Positions 20,282 to 28,877 of a stretch of DNA of 64,000 nucleotides are shown piece after piece; position 1 is the first letter of the stretch, and each line of letters begins with the position of its first letter. Source of the DNA: a bacterium (GTDB taxonomy: Bacteria > Patescibacteriota > Minisyncoccia > Phycocordibacterales > Phycocordibacteraceae); contig JAUSCN010000012.1 of NCBI GenBank assembly GCA_030651285.1, forward strand, positions 9,441 through 73,440, written 5' to 3'. A program made the translations under genes and the position numbers. Below the pieces are notes generated by a model that saw nothing but the letters and a program-made list of their open reading frames with translations, was not told the origin of the DNA and made no database searches.

Positions 20282-21652
20282 TTATCTCTCCTGAACAAAG
20301 GTCAGCGCGCGACCCTTGAGCGAAGCACGGCCGGTGCGGCCGATGCGGTGCACGTAGTCCTCGTAGGTCGACGGCAAGTCATAGTTGATGACGTGCGAGA
20401 CTGCGGGAATATCGAGACCGCGAGCAGCAACGTCAGTGGCCACAAGCACGCTCACCCTGCCCGCCTTGAAGGCCTCGAGGGCGCGTATGCGCGCTCCGTG
20501 TGACTTGTTGCCATGGATGCTCTCCGAATGGATACGCATGTGAGAAAGGGCCTTTGCAAGCTTCTCGACACCGAACTTCGTGCGTCCGAAGACGAGCACG
20601 CGACTGAACTCACGGTCCTTGAGGAGCTCCGTAAGCACGTCAAACTTCTCCTTTCCGCGCGGGATGCGGACGACGTCCTGATCGATGTTCTTGGAAGTTT
20701 CGCGAGTTCTTACCGAGATGATAGTTGGGCTCGAGAGAAATTCGCCGATGAGACGCTCGATCTCCTTCGACATCGTCGCCGAGAAGAAGAGTGTGTGACG
20801 CTCCTTGTTCATCTTCGCGAGGATCAAGCGCATGTCGTCGATGAAGCCCATGTCGAGCATGCGGTCCGCCTCGTCGAGAACGACTGTACCGAAACTTGAG
20901 AGATCAAGTGAACGGCGCTCCATAAGATCCTTCAAGCGCCCCGGAGTACCGATGACGAATGCCGGATTATGACGGAGCTGTGAGACCTGGGGGCCGATGT
21001 TTGCACCTCCCACAGCGACCATACCGCGAAATCCGAGACCCTTTGCAAATCCTGCGAGCTCTTTTTCGATCTGTACCGCGAGCTCACGCGTCGGCGCCAT
21101 GATGAGAATACGATCACCCTTCTGCTTCATGACCTTGTCGATGAGGGGGATGAGGAAGGCAGCCGTCTTTCCTGTACCAGTCTCAGCGAGACCGACGACG
21201 TCCTGCCCGAGAAGTACGTGCGGAATGGCTTTGTCTTGAATCGGAGTCGGGAGCTCATAACCTCGCCCTTCGATATTCTTCTTCAAATGCGCATTGATAT
21301 CGAAATCTGCGAACTTGTGCTCAGGGACGAAGACCGGCTCTTCAGTCGTGACTACCGCCCTGTTCATGAATTTTGAAATTTCAGCCTCTGTTTCGCCGAA
21401 GGAGCCGAAGCCACCACGTCGACGCGCCGGCGCGCGCCCCCCGCCACGGCCACCAGAAAATCCTCCACTAAAGCCACCCCTACCCTCTGAGCGACGCGGG
21501 CCACCGAAGCCTCCGCCGCGCTGTGGTGGACGCGATGAATATGAGCGCTCGCTGCTGCCGCCGCGAGAGTCTCTAGAGAAGCCTGAAGAACGCTCGCTTC
21601 TCTGCGAGCCATGTGCTGATGATGATTGATGATTCCAACGCCCTACCTGCAT
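20282..21652 (-). CDS. DEAD-box RNA helicase with N-terminal Gly/Arg/Ser-rich extension
   Basis: Q motif PTPIQ, AETGTGKT, PTRELA, DEAD, SAT, HRIGRTGR. Confidence 0.95.
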   Translation of the reverse strand: MQVGRWNHQSSSAHGSQRSERSSGFSRDSRGGSSERSYSSRPPQRGGGFGGPRRSEGRGGFSGGFSGGRGGGRAPARRRGGFGSFGETEAEISKFMNRAVVTTEEPVFVPEHKFADFDINAHLKKNIEGRGYELPTPIQDKAIPHVLLGQDVVGLAETGTGKTAAFLIPLIDKVMKQKGDRILIMAPTRELAVQIEKELAGFAKGLGFRGMVAVGGANIGPQVSQLRHNPAFVIGTPGRLKDLMERRSLDLSSFGTVVLDEADRMLDMGFIDDMRLILAKMNKERHTLFFSATMSKEIERLIGEFLSSPTIISVRTRETSKNIDQDVVRIPRGKEKFDVLTELLKDREFSRVLVFGRTKFGVEKLAKALSHMRIHSESIHGNKSHGARIRALEAFKAGRVSVLVATDVAARGLDIPAVSHVINYDLPSTYEDYVHRIGRTGRASLKGRALTFVQER

Positions 21653-21832
21653 AATTGTATGTAACTAGATAAATAAAGAGTACTTTGCTCCCTGCGCTTG
21701 TCTCACAAGAGCAAATGCGGACATTTGTTCTTGACTCAACTCGCTTGGTAGTAAAATGAAAAAGGCTAAAGCCTTCTTTTGTAGGTCTGTATTCGCCAAT
21801 GCGACGATATGTCGCTTTAAAAACAAGGAGTC

Positions 21833-22150
21833 TTAAGAGATCGAATCGATCTTCACTTCGAGAAACGGCTGGCGATGGCCTTTGCGCTTGTAATAGCGAC
21901 TCTTCGGCTTATATTTCACCACCTCGAGCTTCTTTCCTAGTCCGGCGAGAACAACAGTGCCCTTGACCTCTGCACCCTTGATAACAGGTGCACCGATGGT
22001 CGTGTCCGAGCCGTTGTCGACGAGGAGCACCTCGTTAAAGACAACTGTGTCACCTTTTTTCAAATCCCCTGGGAGCTTCTCAATAGCGATAGTGTCGCCT
22101 TTTGAGACGACATACTGCTTCCCACCAGTCTTGATTACGGCCACTTCCAT
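21833..22150 (-). CDS. rplU: 50S ribosomal protein L21
   Basis: AVIKTGGKQY, KGHRQPF. Confidence 0.96.
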   Translation of the reverse strand: MEVAVIKTGGKQYVVSKGDTIAIEKLPGDLKKGDTVVFNEVLLVDNGSDTTIGAPVIKGAEVKGTVVLAGLGKKLEVVKYKPKSRYYKRKGHRQPFLEVKIDSIS

Positions 22151-22279
22151 AGTCTGTGCAATGTAGCACGCTTGGTCGCAAAAAGCAAACTGACGACTCA
22201 ACAGATGATGGGGCTGTTAAAAACGAAAAAGCCCCGCGAGAAGCTTGGGGCTTCTTCGCTGGGGCCTATTGCCGATGCG

Positions 22280-22507
22280 TCAAGGCAGAGAAACTTCCTG
22301 AAGCTTGTAGAGCTTCACAACGTTCTCCCACGGACGGCACCCGTTCTGGGCTTGCTGACGGGCGTCGTTGTCATCCTTGGCGAGGGTAACCAAGATAGTC
22401 CGCGACGGCGCTCCCGATGAGTGTGTGAGAGCAATATACTCGGTTATGGCGAGCGCTTTTGCCATTTTCTCGCGATCTACTAGGACTGCATTGTCATTTT
22501 CGGACAT
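22280..22507 (-). CDS. Small hypothetical protein
   Basis: 75-aa ORF with AGGAGG SD; downstream hairpin at ~22228-22256. Confidence 0.6.
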   Translation of the reverse strand: MSENDNAVLVDREKMAKALAITEYIALTHSSGAPSRTILVTLAKDDNDARQQAQNGCRPWENVVKLYKLQEVSLP

Positions 22508-22700
22508 GGTATCCTCCTATCTGCTTAAAAGGGAGAGGAGATATTCCTCTCTGGCTATCTGTTGTAGGATAGCACGCAGTGTATTTTATGTCAATACCCG
22601 CTTACTCTTTCCTGTTATCCTACAATTAAAACTGTTTGTGAAATAAGAAAAACGCACGTACCCGAAGGCCGTGCGTTTCCATGTTGTGATTGACAAATAA

Positions 22701-22961
22701 TCATCTCCTTTTACCGAAAACCGGTGGAACAATGCAATGAAGATCGTGCACCACGCAGTAAGCCCAGAGTGCAAAACTAATTAGAGCTGGCCCTCCAAAA
22801 ACGAAGAACAAATCTTCGGAGATGCCGGCAGCATGGCCCAGCAGCTGTAGACAAGTCGAAATTAAAACTGAAAGAGCGCAGCACAAGGCAACGCCCCACA
22901 ATTTATCTTTTTCCCAAATAACCAACCAGATAACCTTTGTGACATCTACAATTCTCTTCAT
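22701..22961 (-). CDS. Small membrane protein
   Basis: GGAGG SD before MKRIV; two hydrophobic segments; downstream hairpin at ~22650-22679. Confidence 0.55.
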   Translation of the reverse strand: MKRIVDVTKVIWLVIWEKDKLWGVALCCALSVLISTCLQLLGHAAGISEDLFFVFGGPALISFALWAYCVVHDLHCIVPPVFGKRR

Positions 22962-23042
22962 TAGAGTCCTCCCAGTCCTCAAGTTAGAGCTTAATCCGTT
23001 TTTGTTGTATTATAAAGACATTATTATGTCAACTCACCGCTT

Positions 23043-23214
23043 GGTTTTTCGAGGAGTTCCGGTTCGATGCCAATTTTTGATTCGCTGATGCGGTAGACAT
23101 CTTTATCTATCTTGCCGAGCTCTTTGTAGCCCGCATTATAATGGCTCACGGAGGTGCCGAGCGAGACGCCGAGCTTGCGATAGAACTCTTCGTAGGCGGC
23201 AACATGCTTCCCTA
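23043..23214 (-). pseudogene. Duplicated, diverged 3' end of rmuC
   Basis: Direct repeat of 23615-23786 (offset 572 bp); translates GKHVAAYEEFYRKLGVSLGTSVSHYNAGYKELGKIDKDVYRISE. Confidence 0.92.
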
Positions 23215-23260
23215 TAAAAAACAAGACCGCGCGGATTCCTCCAACGCGGTCTCAATTCGA

Positions 23261-23518
23261 TTATCTCCAAGATGGACAGGCACGCCCCATGATCCCGATA
23301 GTCCGCACAACGGACTGCTGAACGTAAGACTCTTCGTCTCGACTCTCTGCGTACGACACCAAGGCGATGACCCCGATATTCACTACGAGCGCGAGGGTCA
23401 TGAATGCCCAAATTCGCCCACTGGTTTTTTGCTCCGAAGGTCCAGAAATCAATACCAAAGCCGGAGCAACAGCTGCGAGCATGCCTGCAAACACCATTAG
23501 AATTGTATAGGTCAACAT
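23261..23518 (-). CDS. Small two-TM membrane protein between rmuC and its duplicated 3' end
   Basis: AAGGAG SD, two TM helices, hairpin at ~23225-23252 downstream. Confidence 0.6.
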   Translation of the reverse strand: MLTYTILMVFAGMLAAVAPALVLISGPSEQKTSGRIWAFMTLALVVNIGVIALVSYAESRDEESYVQQSVVRTIGIMGRACPSWR

Positions 23519-23595
23519 TGCAGTCTCCTTAATGATTTGTAGCGAATCTGCTACAGGAACTATCTACCTGTAAACATAATACACTGTTCCTATAT

Positions 23596-24645
23596 TTAGT
23601 CAAGTGCATCCACCGGCTTGTCGAGTAGTTCGGGCTCGATGCCGATTTTTGTTTCGCTGATGCGGTAGACATCTTTATCTATCTTGCCGAGCTCTTTGTA
23701 GCCCGCGTTGTAGTGGGACACCGAAGTACCGAGCGATACGCCAAGTTTCTTATAAAACTGCTCATAGGCGGCAACATGCTTCCCTAGCTCCCCTACCCGC
23801 TGCTGTATCTCAACCGCCTTTTCTTCAATCTGGAGCGCCTTTAGGCCCTGCATGACCGTCTGGAGGTAAGCGAGAAATGATGTTGGCGAGACGATGATGA
23901 CCTTATACTTCCCCGCCGCTCTCTGGATGAGATTCTCGTCTTCTCCGCCACCTACTTGGTTCGTGAGAAGGTCGTAATAAATGCCTTCGGAGGGAATGAA
24001 CATGAAAGCGAAATCCATCGTCCCCTCATCGGGACGGATGTACTTGGCGGTCTCAGTGATGCGCATCTTGAGATCGTTCACAAATGCTTTCTCAAACGCC
24101 GGACGCTCCGCGTCCGGCGCGTGCACGAGGCGGTTGTAGTTATCAAGTGAAAACTTCGAGTCGATAGGAACAATCTTGTCGCTCACGAACACAGCCGCAT
24201 CGACAATCTCGCCGTTCTTGAAGGGGTACTGCATCTGATACATGCCGGGCGGGAGTACATTTTTCAAAACAGTTTCGAGATAGTATTCGCCAAGAATGCC
24301 GCGCTGCTTCGGATTCTTCAAAATATCCTGCAGATTTTGCAACTGCTCGGCGAAACCCTGCGTCTGCCGACCAATCTCTTTCACCGAGGTAACTTCTTGT
24401 GTGATCTCTTTAATCAACCGATTCGACTCAGAAAACTGTTTATGAGAGCTTTCTTGCATCGCGCGCGACGACTCCGACATGCGAGTGTCGAGGGTCCGAG
24501 CAAGTTCCTGCATCTGAGCCTGAAGCAGCATCATGCCATTACCCTCTTCAACAGGAGCTTCCTTGCGACGAAGTATGAGATACACACCGATCCCTTGCAC
24601 GATAATAAGAACTACGACGATGATTGTGATGCTGATAAAACTCAT
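23596..24645 (-). CDS. rmuC: DNA recombination protein RmuC
   Basis: PKQRGILGE, VPIDSKF, TMDFAFMFIPSE, IVSPTS. Confidence 0.94.
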   Translation of the reverse strand: MSFISITIIVVVLIIVQGIGVYLILRRKEAPVEEGNGMMLLQAQMQELARTLDTRMSESSRAMQESSHKQFSESNRLIKEITQEVTSVKEIGRQTQGFAEQLQNLQDILKNPKQRGILGEYYLETVLKNVLPPGMYQMQYPFKNGEIVDAAVFVSDKIVPIDSKFSLDNYNRLVHAPDAERPAFEKAFVNDLKMRITETAKYIRPDEGTMDFAFMFIPSEGIYYDLLTNQVGGGEDENLIQRAAGKYKVIIVSPTSFLAYLQTVMQGLKALQIEEKAVEIQQRVGELGKHVAAYEQFYKKLGVSLGTSVSHYNAGYKELGKIDKDVYRISETKIGIEPELLDKPVDALD

Positions 24646-24671
24646 ATGTTAGGTATAGTATACTCTGACAC

Positions 24672-25127
24672 ATGGCTATACACGAAACAATAAAGCAATC
24701 GATTCCTGAGGCACTCCGCGCGCACGACGAAGTGCGGCTGCGCACCCTCCGCTCGCTCGTGACCGCGATGACCAACGAAGTTGTCGCCAAGAAACGCAAG
24801 CCGAACGAATTCCTTACCGACGACGAGGCTATCGCCGTCGTGAAGCGCGCCGCCAACCAGCGCAAGGACTCCATCGAGCAGTTTGAAAAGGCGTCCCGTA
24901 ACGACCTCGTCGAGCCGGAGAAGGCCGAGCTCGCCATCCTCGAGTCGTACCTCCCCACTCTGATGAGCCGCGAAGAAATCGTGCCCATCGCGAAAGCGAA
25001 AATGACTGAGCTCGGCGTCTCGACCAAAGCCGACGCGGGAAAATTCACCGGCGCTCTGATGAAAGACCTCAAAGGTAAGGCCGATGGGAACGACGTTAAA
25101 GCAGTTGTGGATAGCTTGCTTTCTTAG
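24672..25127 (+). CDS. GatB/YqeY domain protein
   Basis: QRKDSIEQFEKASRNDL...EL.IL..YLP, GKADG. Confidence 0.92.
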   Translation: MAIHETIKQSIPEALRAHDEVRLRTLRSLVTAMTNEVVAKKRKPNEFLTDDEAIAVVKRAANQRKDSIEQFEKASRNDLVEPEKAELAILESYLPTLMSREEIVPIAKAKMTELGVSTKADAGKFTGALMKDLKGKADGNDVKAVVDSLLS

Positions 25128-25181
25128 GTAAAGAGTGGTATAGTCTTCCTTAGGTAACCCTTCACACATAGGAGGTGTCCT

Positions 25182-25451
25182 TTGGTTAAAGAAGACCCTA
25201 AGTTTTCAGAGATCGACGTTGCTGAGGGCTGGCTTTTTTCAAAAAGGAAACACCATTTTCCTATCGACAAGCCGACCCTGAAAAAGAGAGCCGAAATGGC
25301 TCTCAAAAGACAGCACGATTGCCCCACGCTCTCCTTTCAGGAAATCATGCGGATCGTTCTGTCTGACATTGACTTCTCTGAACGCAGAGCTTATGCCTCC
25401 GGCATTGGCAAAATGTTCAGCATTCGAAATCACCAACACGTTCCGGCCTAG
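25182..25451 (+). CDS. Hypothetical protein
   Basis: 89-aa ORF with AGGAGGT SD before a TTG start. Confidence 0.55.
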   Translation: MVKEDPKFSEIDVAEGWLFSKRKHHFPIDKPTLKKRAEMALKRQHDCPTLSFQEIMRIVLSDIDFSERRAYASGIGKMFSIRNHQHVPA

Positions 25452-25535
25452 CACTTACGAGTGGACTGCTTACCAGCCCACTCGTATCATTTCTATCTTT
25501 CCTCCACTCCTTTTTTCTGTTATAAAACAAAGGAC

Positions 25536-25610
25536 GGCCTCATCGTCTAACGGTTAGGACACAAGCTTCTCAAGCTTGGAATCGGGGTTCGATTCCCCGT
25601 GAGGTCACCA
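25536..25610 (+). tRNA. tRNA-Glu(CTC)
   Basis: Acceptor GGCCTCA/TGAGGTC, anticodon arm CAAGC-TTCTCAA-GCTTG, T-arm CGGGG-TTCGATT-CCCCG, encoded CCA. Confidence 0.97.
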
Positions 25611-25630
25611 GTCAATTTCTCTAGTCTTGA

Positions 25631-25660
25631 CAACAAACGGCTCGGTTGAGCCGTTTGTTG
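25631..25660 (+). terminator. Hairpin downstream of tRNA-Glu; a homologous hairpin is at 26348-26375
   Basis: CAACAAACGGCTC-ggtt-GAGCCGTTTGTTG. Confidence 0.75.
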
Positions 25661-25722
25661 TGTTCAGCCCTACGGGGACTCGAACTCATTTCTATTTTTG
25701 ATGCTTTTGCTACTATTGGCAC

Positions 25723-26160
25723 ATGGAAATCAAATCGAGAATTTTAGAAGTTTTGCAGAGCGGACATCTCATGAGTCTTGCCACTTCAGATGAAAATGGT
25801 TTGTGGGTGTCGGATGTAGTTTATATTTTCGACGAAGACCTAAATATCTATTGGATGTCTGATCCGGATGTTCACCACTCAAAATCAATTGTAAAGAATG
25901 GGCAAGCCGCAGGCACTATAACCATCAGCAACAAAAGCAAAGGGTCTAATCTCGGGATTCAGTTTTCTGGAATAGCCAGCAAGATAGACGGACCGAGATA
26001 TGATTTGGCAAAAAAGCATTTGAAGAAAAGGAGTCATCCTGAACCGAAAGAGGAGGATGACGTATTGAAGGGGGATTCCTGGTACGTTCTAAAACCAAAT
26101 AAAATTGATCTTATCGATGAGGCACAATGGGGTTACGACAAGAAGAGTTTAAGTTTATAA
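25723..26160 (+). CDS. Pyridoxamine 5'-phosphate oxidase-like (split-barrel FMN-binding) protein
   Basis: MSLATS, YWMSD..HHSK, AGTI, GIQFSG pattern. Confidence 0.8.
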   Translation: MEIKSRILEVLQSGHLMSLATSDENGLWVSDVVYIFDEDLNIYWMSDPDVHHSKSIVKNGQAAGTITISNKSKGSNLGIQFSGIASKIDGPRYDLAKKHLKKRSHPEPKEEDDVLKGDSWYVLKPNKIDLIDEAQWGYDKKSLSL

Positions 26161-26195
26161 AGGTTCGTACGCCAAAGGCGTGAAGGGACCCCTAA

Positions 26196-26312
26196 CTATG
26201 CTGCACGCTTTTGGTCTTTGACGACTGGTATACTTTCCTCTACGTCAACGCTCATGAAAATATCCAGTATCTGCCTTATGCGAGTTCGAGGTTTATCCCG
26301 ATAAGGATCACA
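26196..26312. repeat. 117-bp att-like repeat, copy 1
   Basis: About 20 mismatches to copy 2 by hand count; shared core CGTCAACGCTCATGAAAATATCCAGTATCTG. Confidence 0.92.
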
Positions 26313-26407
26313 ACTGAACTGTGGGGTTAATTTCCCTGTCTTGACACGAAAAATGGCTCAACGGAGCCATTTTTCTTTTAGAATCTTTCCGTAAATAACG
26401 ATGACCC

Positions 26408-26632
26408 TTAAGGGGACTCGAACTCGATCATTGTTTTTAATTCTTCGAGAATTTCCTTTGCGTGTTTTGTATCTTCCCTAGCGAGACGTTTCGAAATTCC
26501 TACAACGATTATCGCGAACTCTCGCAGATTCTCACGCGCAGCTTCTCGTTCCGCCTCAGTCGCATTCGGCATGTAGCGATCGAGGATAAGGTCACCCGGA
26601 CGATGATTCGAGGGATTCGGTTTGTGGTCCAC
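26408..26632 (-). CDS. Small hypothetical protein
   Basis: 74-aa ORF (RPGDLILDRYMPNATEAEREAAREN); its end EFESP* is written in a tRNA T-arm-like sequence. Confidence 0.55.
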   Translation of the reverse strand: MDHKPNPSNHRPGDLILDRYMPNATEAEREAARENLREFAIIVVGISKRLAREDTKHAKEILEELKTMIEFESP

Positions 26633-26716
26633 AGAGATATGACCGCTTGGTTATGAACGGTCAGTCCGATGATCCTCCACTCAACCGAATAGATACCGAT
26701 AAAGTATACTGGGGCG

Positions 26717-27166
26717 ATGATTGATTGCGTTTACTGTAATTCACCCGAGATAAAAGGCAGAACTATTTTTCGGAACGATCTTGCATGGGCATTCCCGACA
26801 AATATGCCAATTACTCCTGGGCACATCCTTATATCACCTGTTCGCCACGTCAGAACATTTGAGGAACTAACGGATGATGAACGAGATGCCCTATTCACAC
26901 TCACCATTAAAATGAAAATCGCACTGAAGACTCTCTTCGGTGCAGAAGGATTCCATCACGCATGGAACGAGAGCGAGGTAGGCGGCCAATCGGTTCCTCA
27001 TTTTCATCTTCATATTGTGCCAAGGAAGAATGGAGATGCGGGAATTACGGAATATGAGCCGAGAAAGTTCCTCTACCGGCCAGGATCACGGGAATCCACT
27101 CCGGAGGATGAATTGAGAGTAGTTGCGGAACAAATCAAAGACAAATATCTAGAATCTGAGTCCTAG
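26717..27166 (+). CDS. HIT family nucleotide hydrolase
   Basis: CVYC, PITPGHILI, GQSVPHFHLHIVPR (HxHxH). Confidence 0.93.
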   Translation: MIDCVYCNSPEIKGRTIFRNDLAWAFPTNMPITPGHILISPVRHVRTFEELTDDERDALFTLTIKMKIALKTLFGAEGFHHAWNESEVGGQSVPHFHLHIVPRKNGDAGITEYEPRKFLYRPGSRESTPEDELRVVAEQIKDKYLESES

Positions 27167-27200
27167 GGATATTTGAACATTCAGCAGAAGTTTCCATTTA

Positions 27201-27317
27201 CTATGCCGCGTACTTCAGTTCTGTCACGACCGGTAAAATTTCCTCCGCGTCAACGCTCATGAAAATATCCAGTATCTGTCTCACGCGAGTTCGAGGTCTA
27301 TCCCGATGAGGGTCACA
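27201..27317. repeat. 117-bp att-like repeat, copy 2
   Basis: Ends GAGTTCGAGGTCTATCCCGATGAGGGTCACA versus tRNA GGGTTCGATTCCCCGTGAGGTCACCA. Confidence 0.92.
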
Positions 27318-27393
27318 TGTCAAGACGTGAGAACGTGCCAAATAGGCAACATTTCAAGCGTAACGCCTCAGATAAGTAGAGGTGTTTAGCTGT

Positions 27394-28257
27394 ATGAAAG
27401 CCCTTATCTCGAAACTAGAAAAGAACTCATATGTCAGATCTATAGCCCTGCTTGCCTTAGTCCTTGGAGCTTTCATAACGATCGGCACCTTTGTACGAGG
27501 AATCGGAGGCTATTTAAGCGAGGACGTTTTTGTATCAAGAAATATATCCAAACAACTTGAACATCTCTCAGCCGGACAAAGTATTGATTACTTCAAGAAG
27601 TATTTGGGCCCACAAATTCTTCAACGAGAGGTTGGCGCGAAAATGTCTGAGAGCGTCTTCTACTACAAAGGAGCGTACATCCAGGCTTTGGTGGACAAGA
27701 GCAACAATGAGGCGGTTTATTGGGCTGTTACCTATTGCGAGCCTCTTGTACTCAACCGCCCAGTTTTTTCAATGGGAAGATATGTTGCCGCCAAGGATGT
27801 TTTGAAACCAGGTGCGGGCACAACCATACTTGCGCCAAGACTGATTTTGAACAAGTCAACTTTCACTGATTTCTTGAAAGACGAGAGGGGTGAATTGCAT
27901 GAATTTATCTCAGGAGCAACGGCCAATTCTTATGCATATGAAGCCGTGTACTTGGGCAATCCTAGTGCATATCAAACTCTCCTCGTTGGCGTCAATGACA
28001 TTTGCCCATCATCATCAGATCTAGACGACCATTTAGATGCTGATCCGATGTGGTTAGAGTCAGGGGAAAAGCCAACCGAAGATGCCATCAAAAGATTTAG
28101 GGAGGGGGTGCGAATAAATACATATGGGGAAACGGCGCCCTTCATGGGGGAGGAGGTGGTTAAGCTATTAAATGCTGTTCACTCCGACAAATTGGAAGAG
28201 CCCTATTTAAATTTTGGGGTTGATAGGATTAGAGTTCGTTACTTCCCTGACCGATAG
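27394..28257 (+). CDS. Membrane-anchored hypothetical protein (ETEC_3214-like)
   Basis: N-terminal TM; LSAGQSIDYF..LGP, YIQALVD, YLGNPSAYQ resemble the ETEC_3214 domain (from memory). Confidence 0.65.
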   Translation: MKALISKLEKNSYVRSIALLALVLGAFITIGTFVRGIGGYLSEDVFVSRNISKQLEHLSAGQSIDYFKKYLGPQILQREVGAKMSESVFYYKGAYIQALVDKSNNEAVYWAVTYCEPLVLNRPVFSMGRYVAAKDVLKPGAGTTILAPRLILNKSTFTDFLKDERGELHEFISGATANSYAYEAVYLGNPSAYQTLLVGVNDICPSSSDLDDHLDADPMWLESGEKPTEDAIKRFREGVRINTYGETAPFMGEEVVKLLNAVHSDKLEEPYLNFGVDRIRVRYFPDR

Positions 28258-28301
28258 ACCTTAGGGACGTTGTTCAGACTCCCGTTTCTCAACTTATATA
28301 C

Positions 28302-28562
28302 CTAGCTGCTCTGAATAGAGCCTATTTTCTTCTGCCCCCTTTCCCAAGTTTTTCGAGAAAGATAGCGCGCAAACCAAACAGCAAAGATGAGAGCGGCAAT
28401 TGCCCCTACTGATGAAATATCTTCGTTTTCTAGCCCCAGATGACTAAATACAAGAATGGCTATAACAGCAGTTCGGATGATTAACCACGAGACAAGTAGA
28501 GCCATGAGGCATTGCCACCATGAATTTCTAAAAGTCATCTTGAATTCATTTTGTGTTTCCAT
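28302..28562 (-). CDS. Small two-TM membrane protein
   Basis: 86-aa ORF, two hydrophobic helices, flanked by 23-bp direct repeats. Confidence 0.6.
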   Translation of the reverse strand: METQNEFKMTFRNSWWQCLMALLVSWLIIRTAVIAILVFSHLGLENEDISSVGAIAALIFAVWFARYLSRKTWERGQKKIGSIQSS

Positions 28563-28710
28563 ATTCAGAAACTATAGCATCCGCCTGCCTGGGGACTTGG
28601 GGATATTAGGGACGTTGCTCGGACTCCCATTCCCTTTTCACCTTCTTCACATACCGCTTCAGGTTGTATTCCTCTATCTTCTTCCAGCCCGCGTTTGGTT
28701 TTTTCTTTGG

Positions 28711-28827
28711 TATGAAATCTTCTTCGTCATCTGTCACGGTGGGAGATTTTTCCTCCTGGTCAACGCTAGTGAAAATATCTAGTATCTGCTTGATACGAGT
28801 TCGAGGTTCATCTCGGTGCTGGTCACA
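28711..28827. repeat. att-like repeat, copy 3 (more diverged; its minus-strand frame runs on to 28606)
   Basis: GTCAACGCTAGTGAAAATATCTAGTATCTG...CGAGTTCGAGGT...GGTCACA. Confidence 0.88.
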
Positions 28828-28831
28828 ATGC

Positions 28832-28865
28832 AAAGCGTAGGCCGCCGAAAGGCGGCTTTTGCGTT
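28832..28865. terminator. Intrinsic terminator after the last repeat
   Basis: GCCGCC-gaaa-GGCGGC-TTTT. Confidence 0.75.
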
Positions 28866-28877
28866 GTAACCTCGGAA

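Larger units (their letters stand above)
25611..28827. mobile_element. Integrase-free array of three cargo segments at tRNA-Glu, delimited by att-like repeats
   Basis: Three ~117-bp direct repeats ending at 26312, 27317 and 28827 resemble the tRNA 3' end and separate unrelated accessory genes. Confidence 0.65.

Noticed and set aside
23043-23786. DGR template/variable repeat pair
   Set aside because: Differences are mostly synonymous third-position changes, not adenine-specific, and there is no reverse transcriptase in the window.
26196-28827. CRISPR array or classical integron attC sites
   Set aside because: Repeats are ~117 bp with kb-scale gene-bearing spacers; no cas or intI gene; no consistent RYYYAAC...GTTRRRY palindromic ends.
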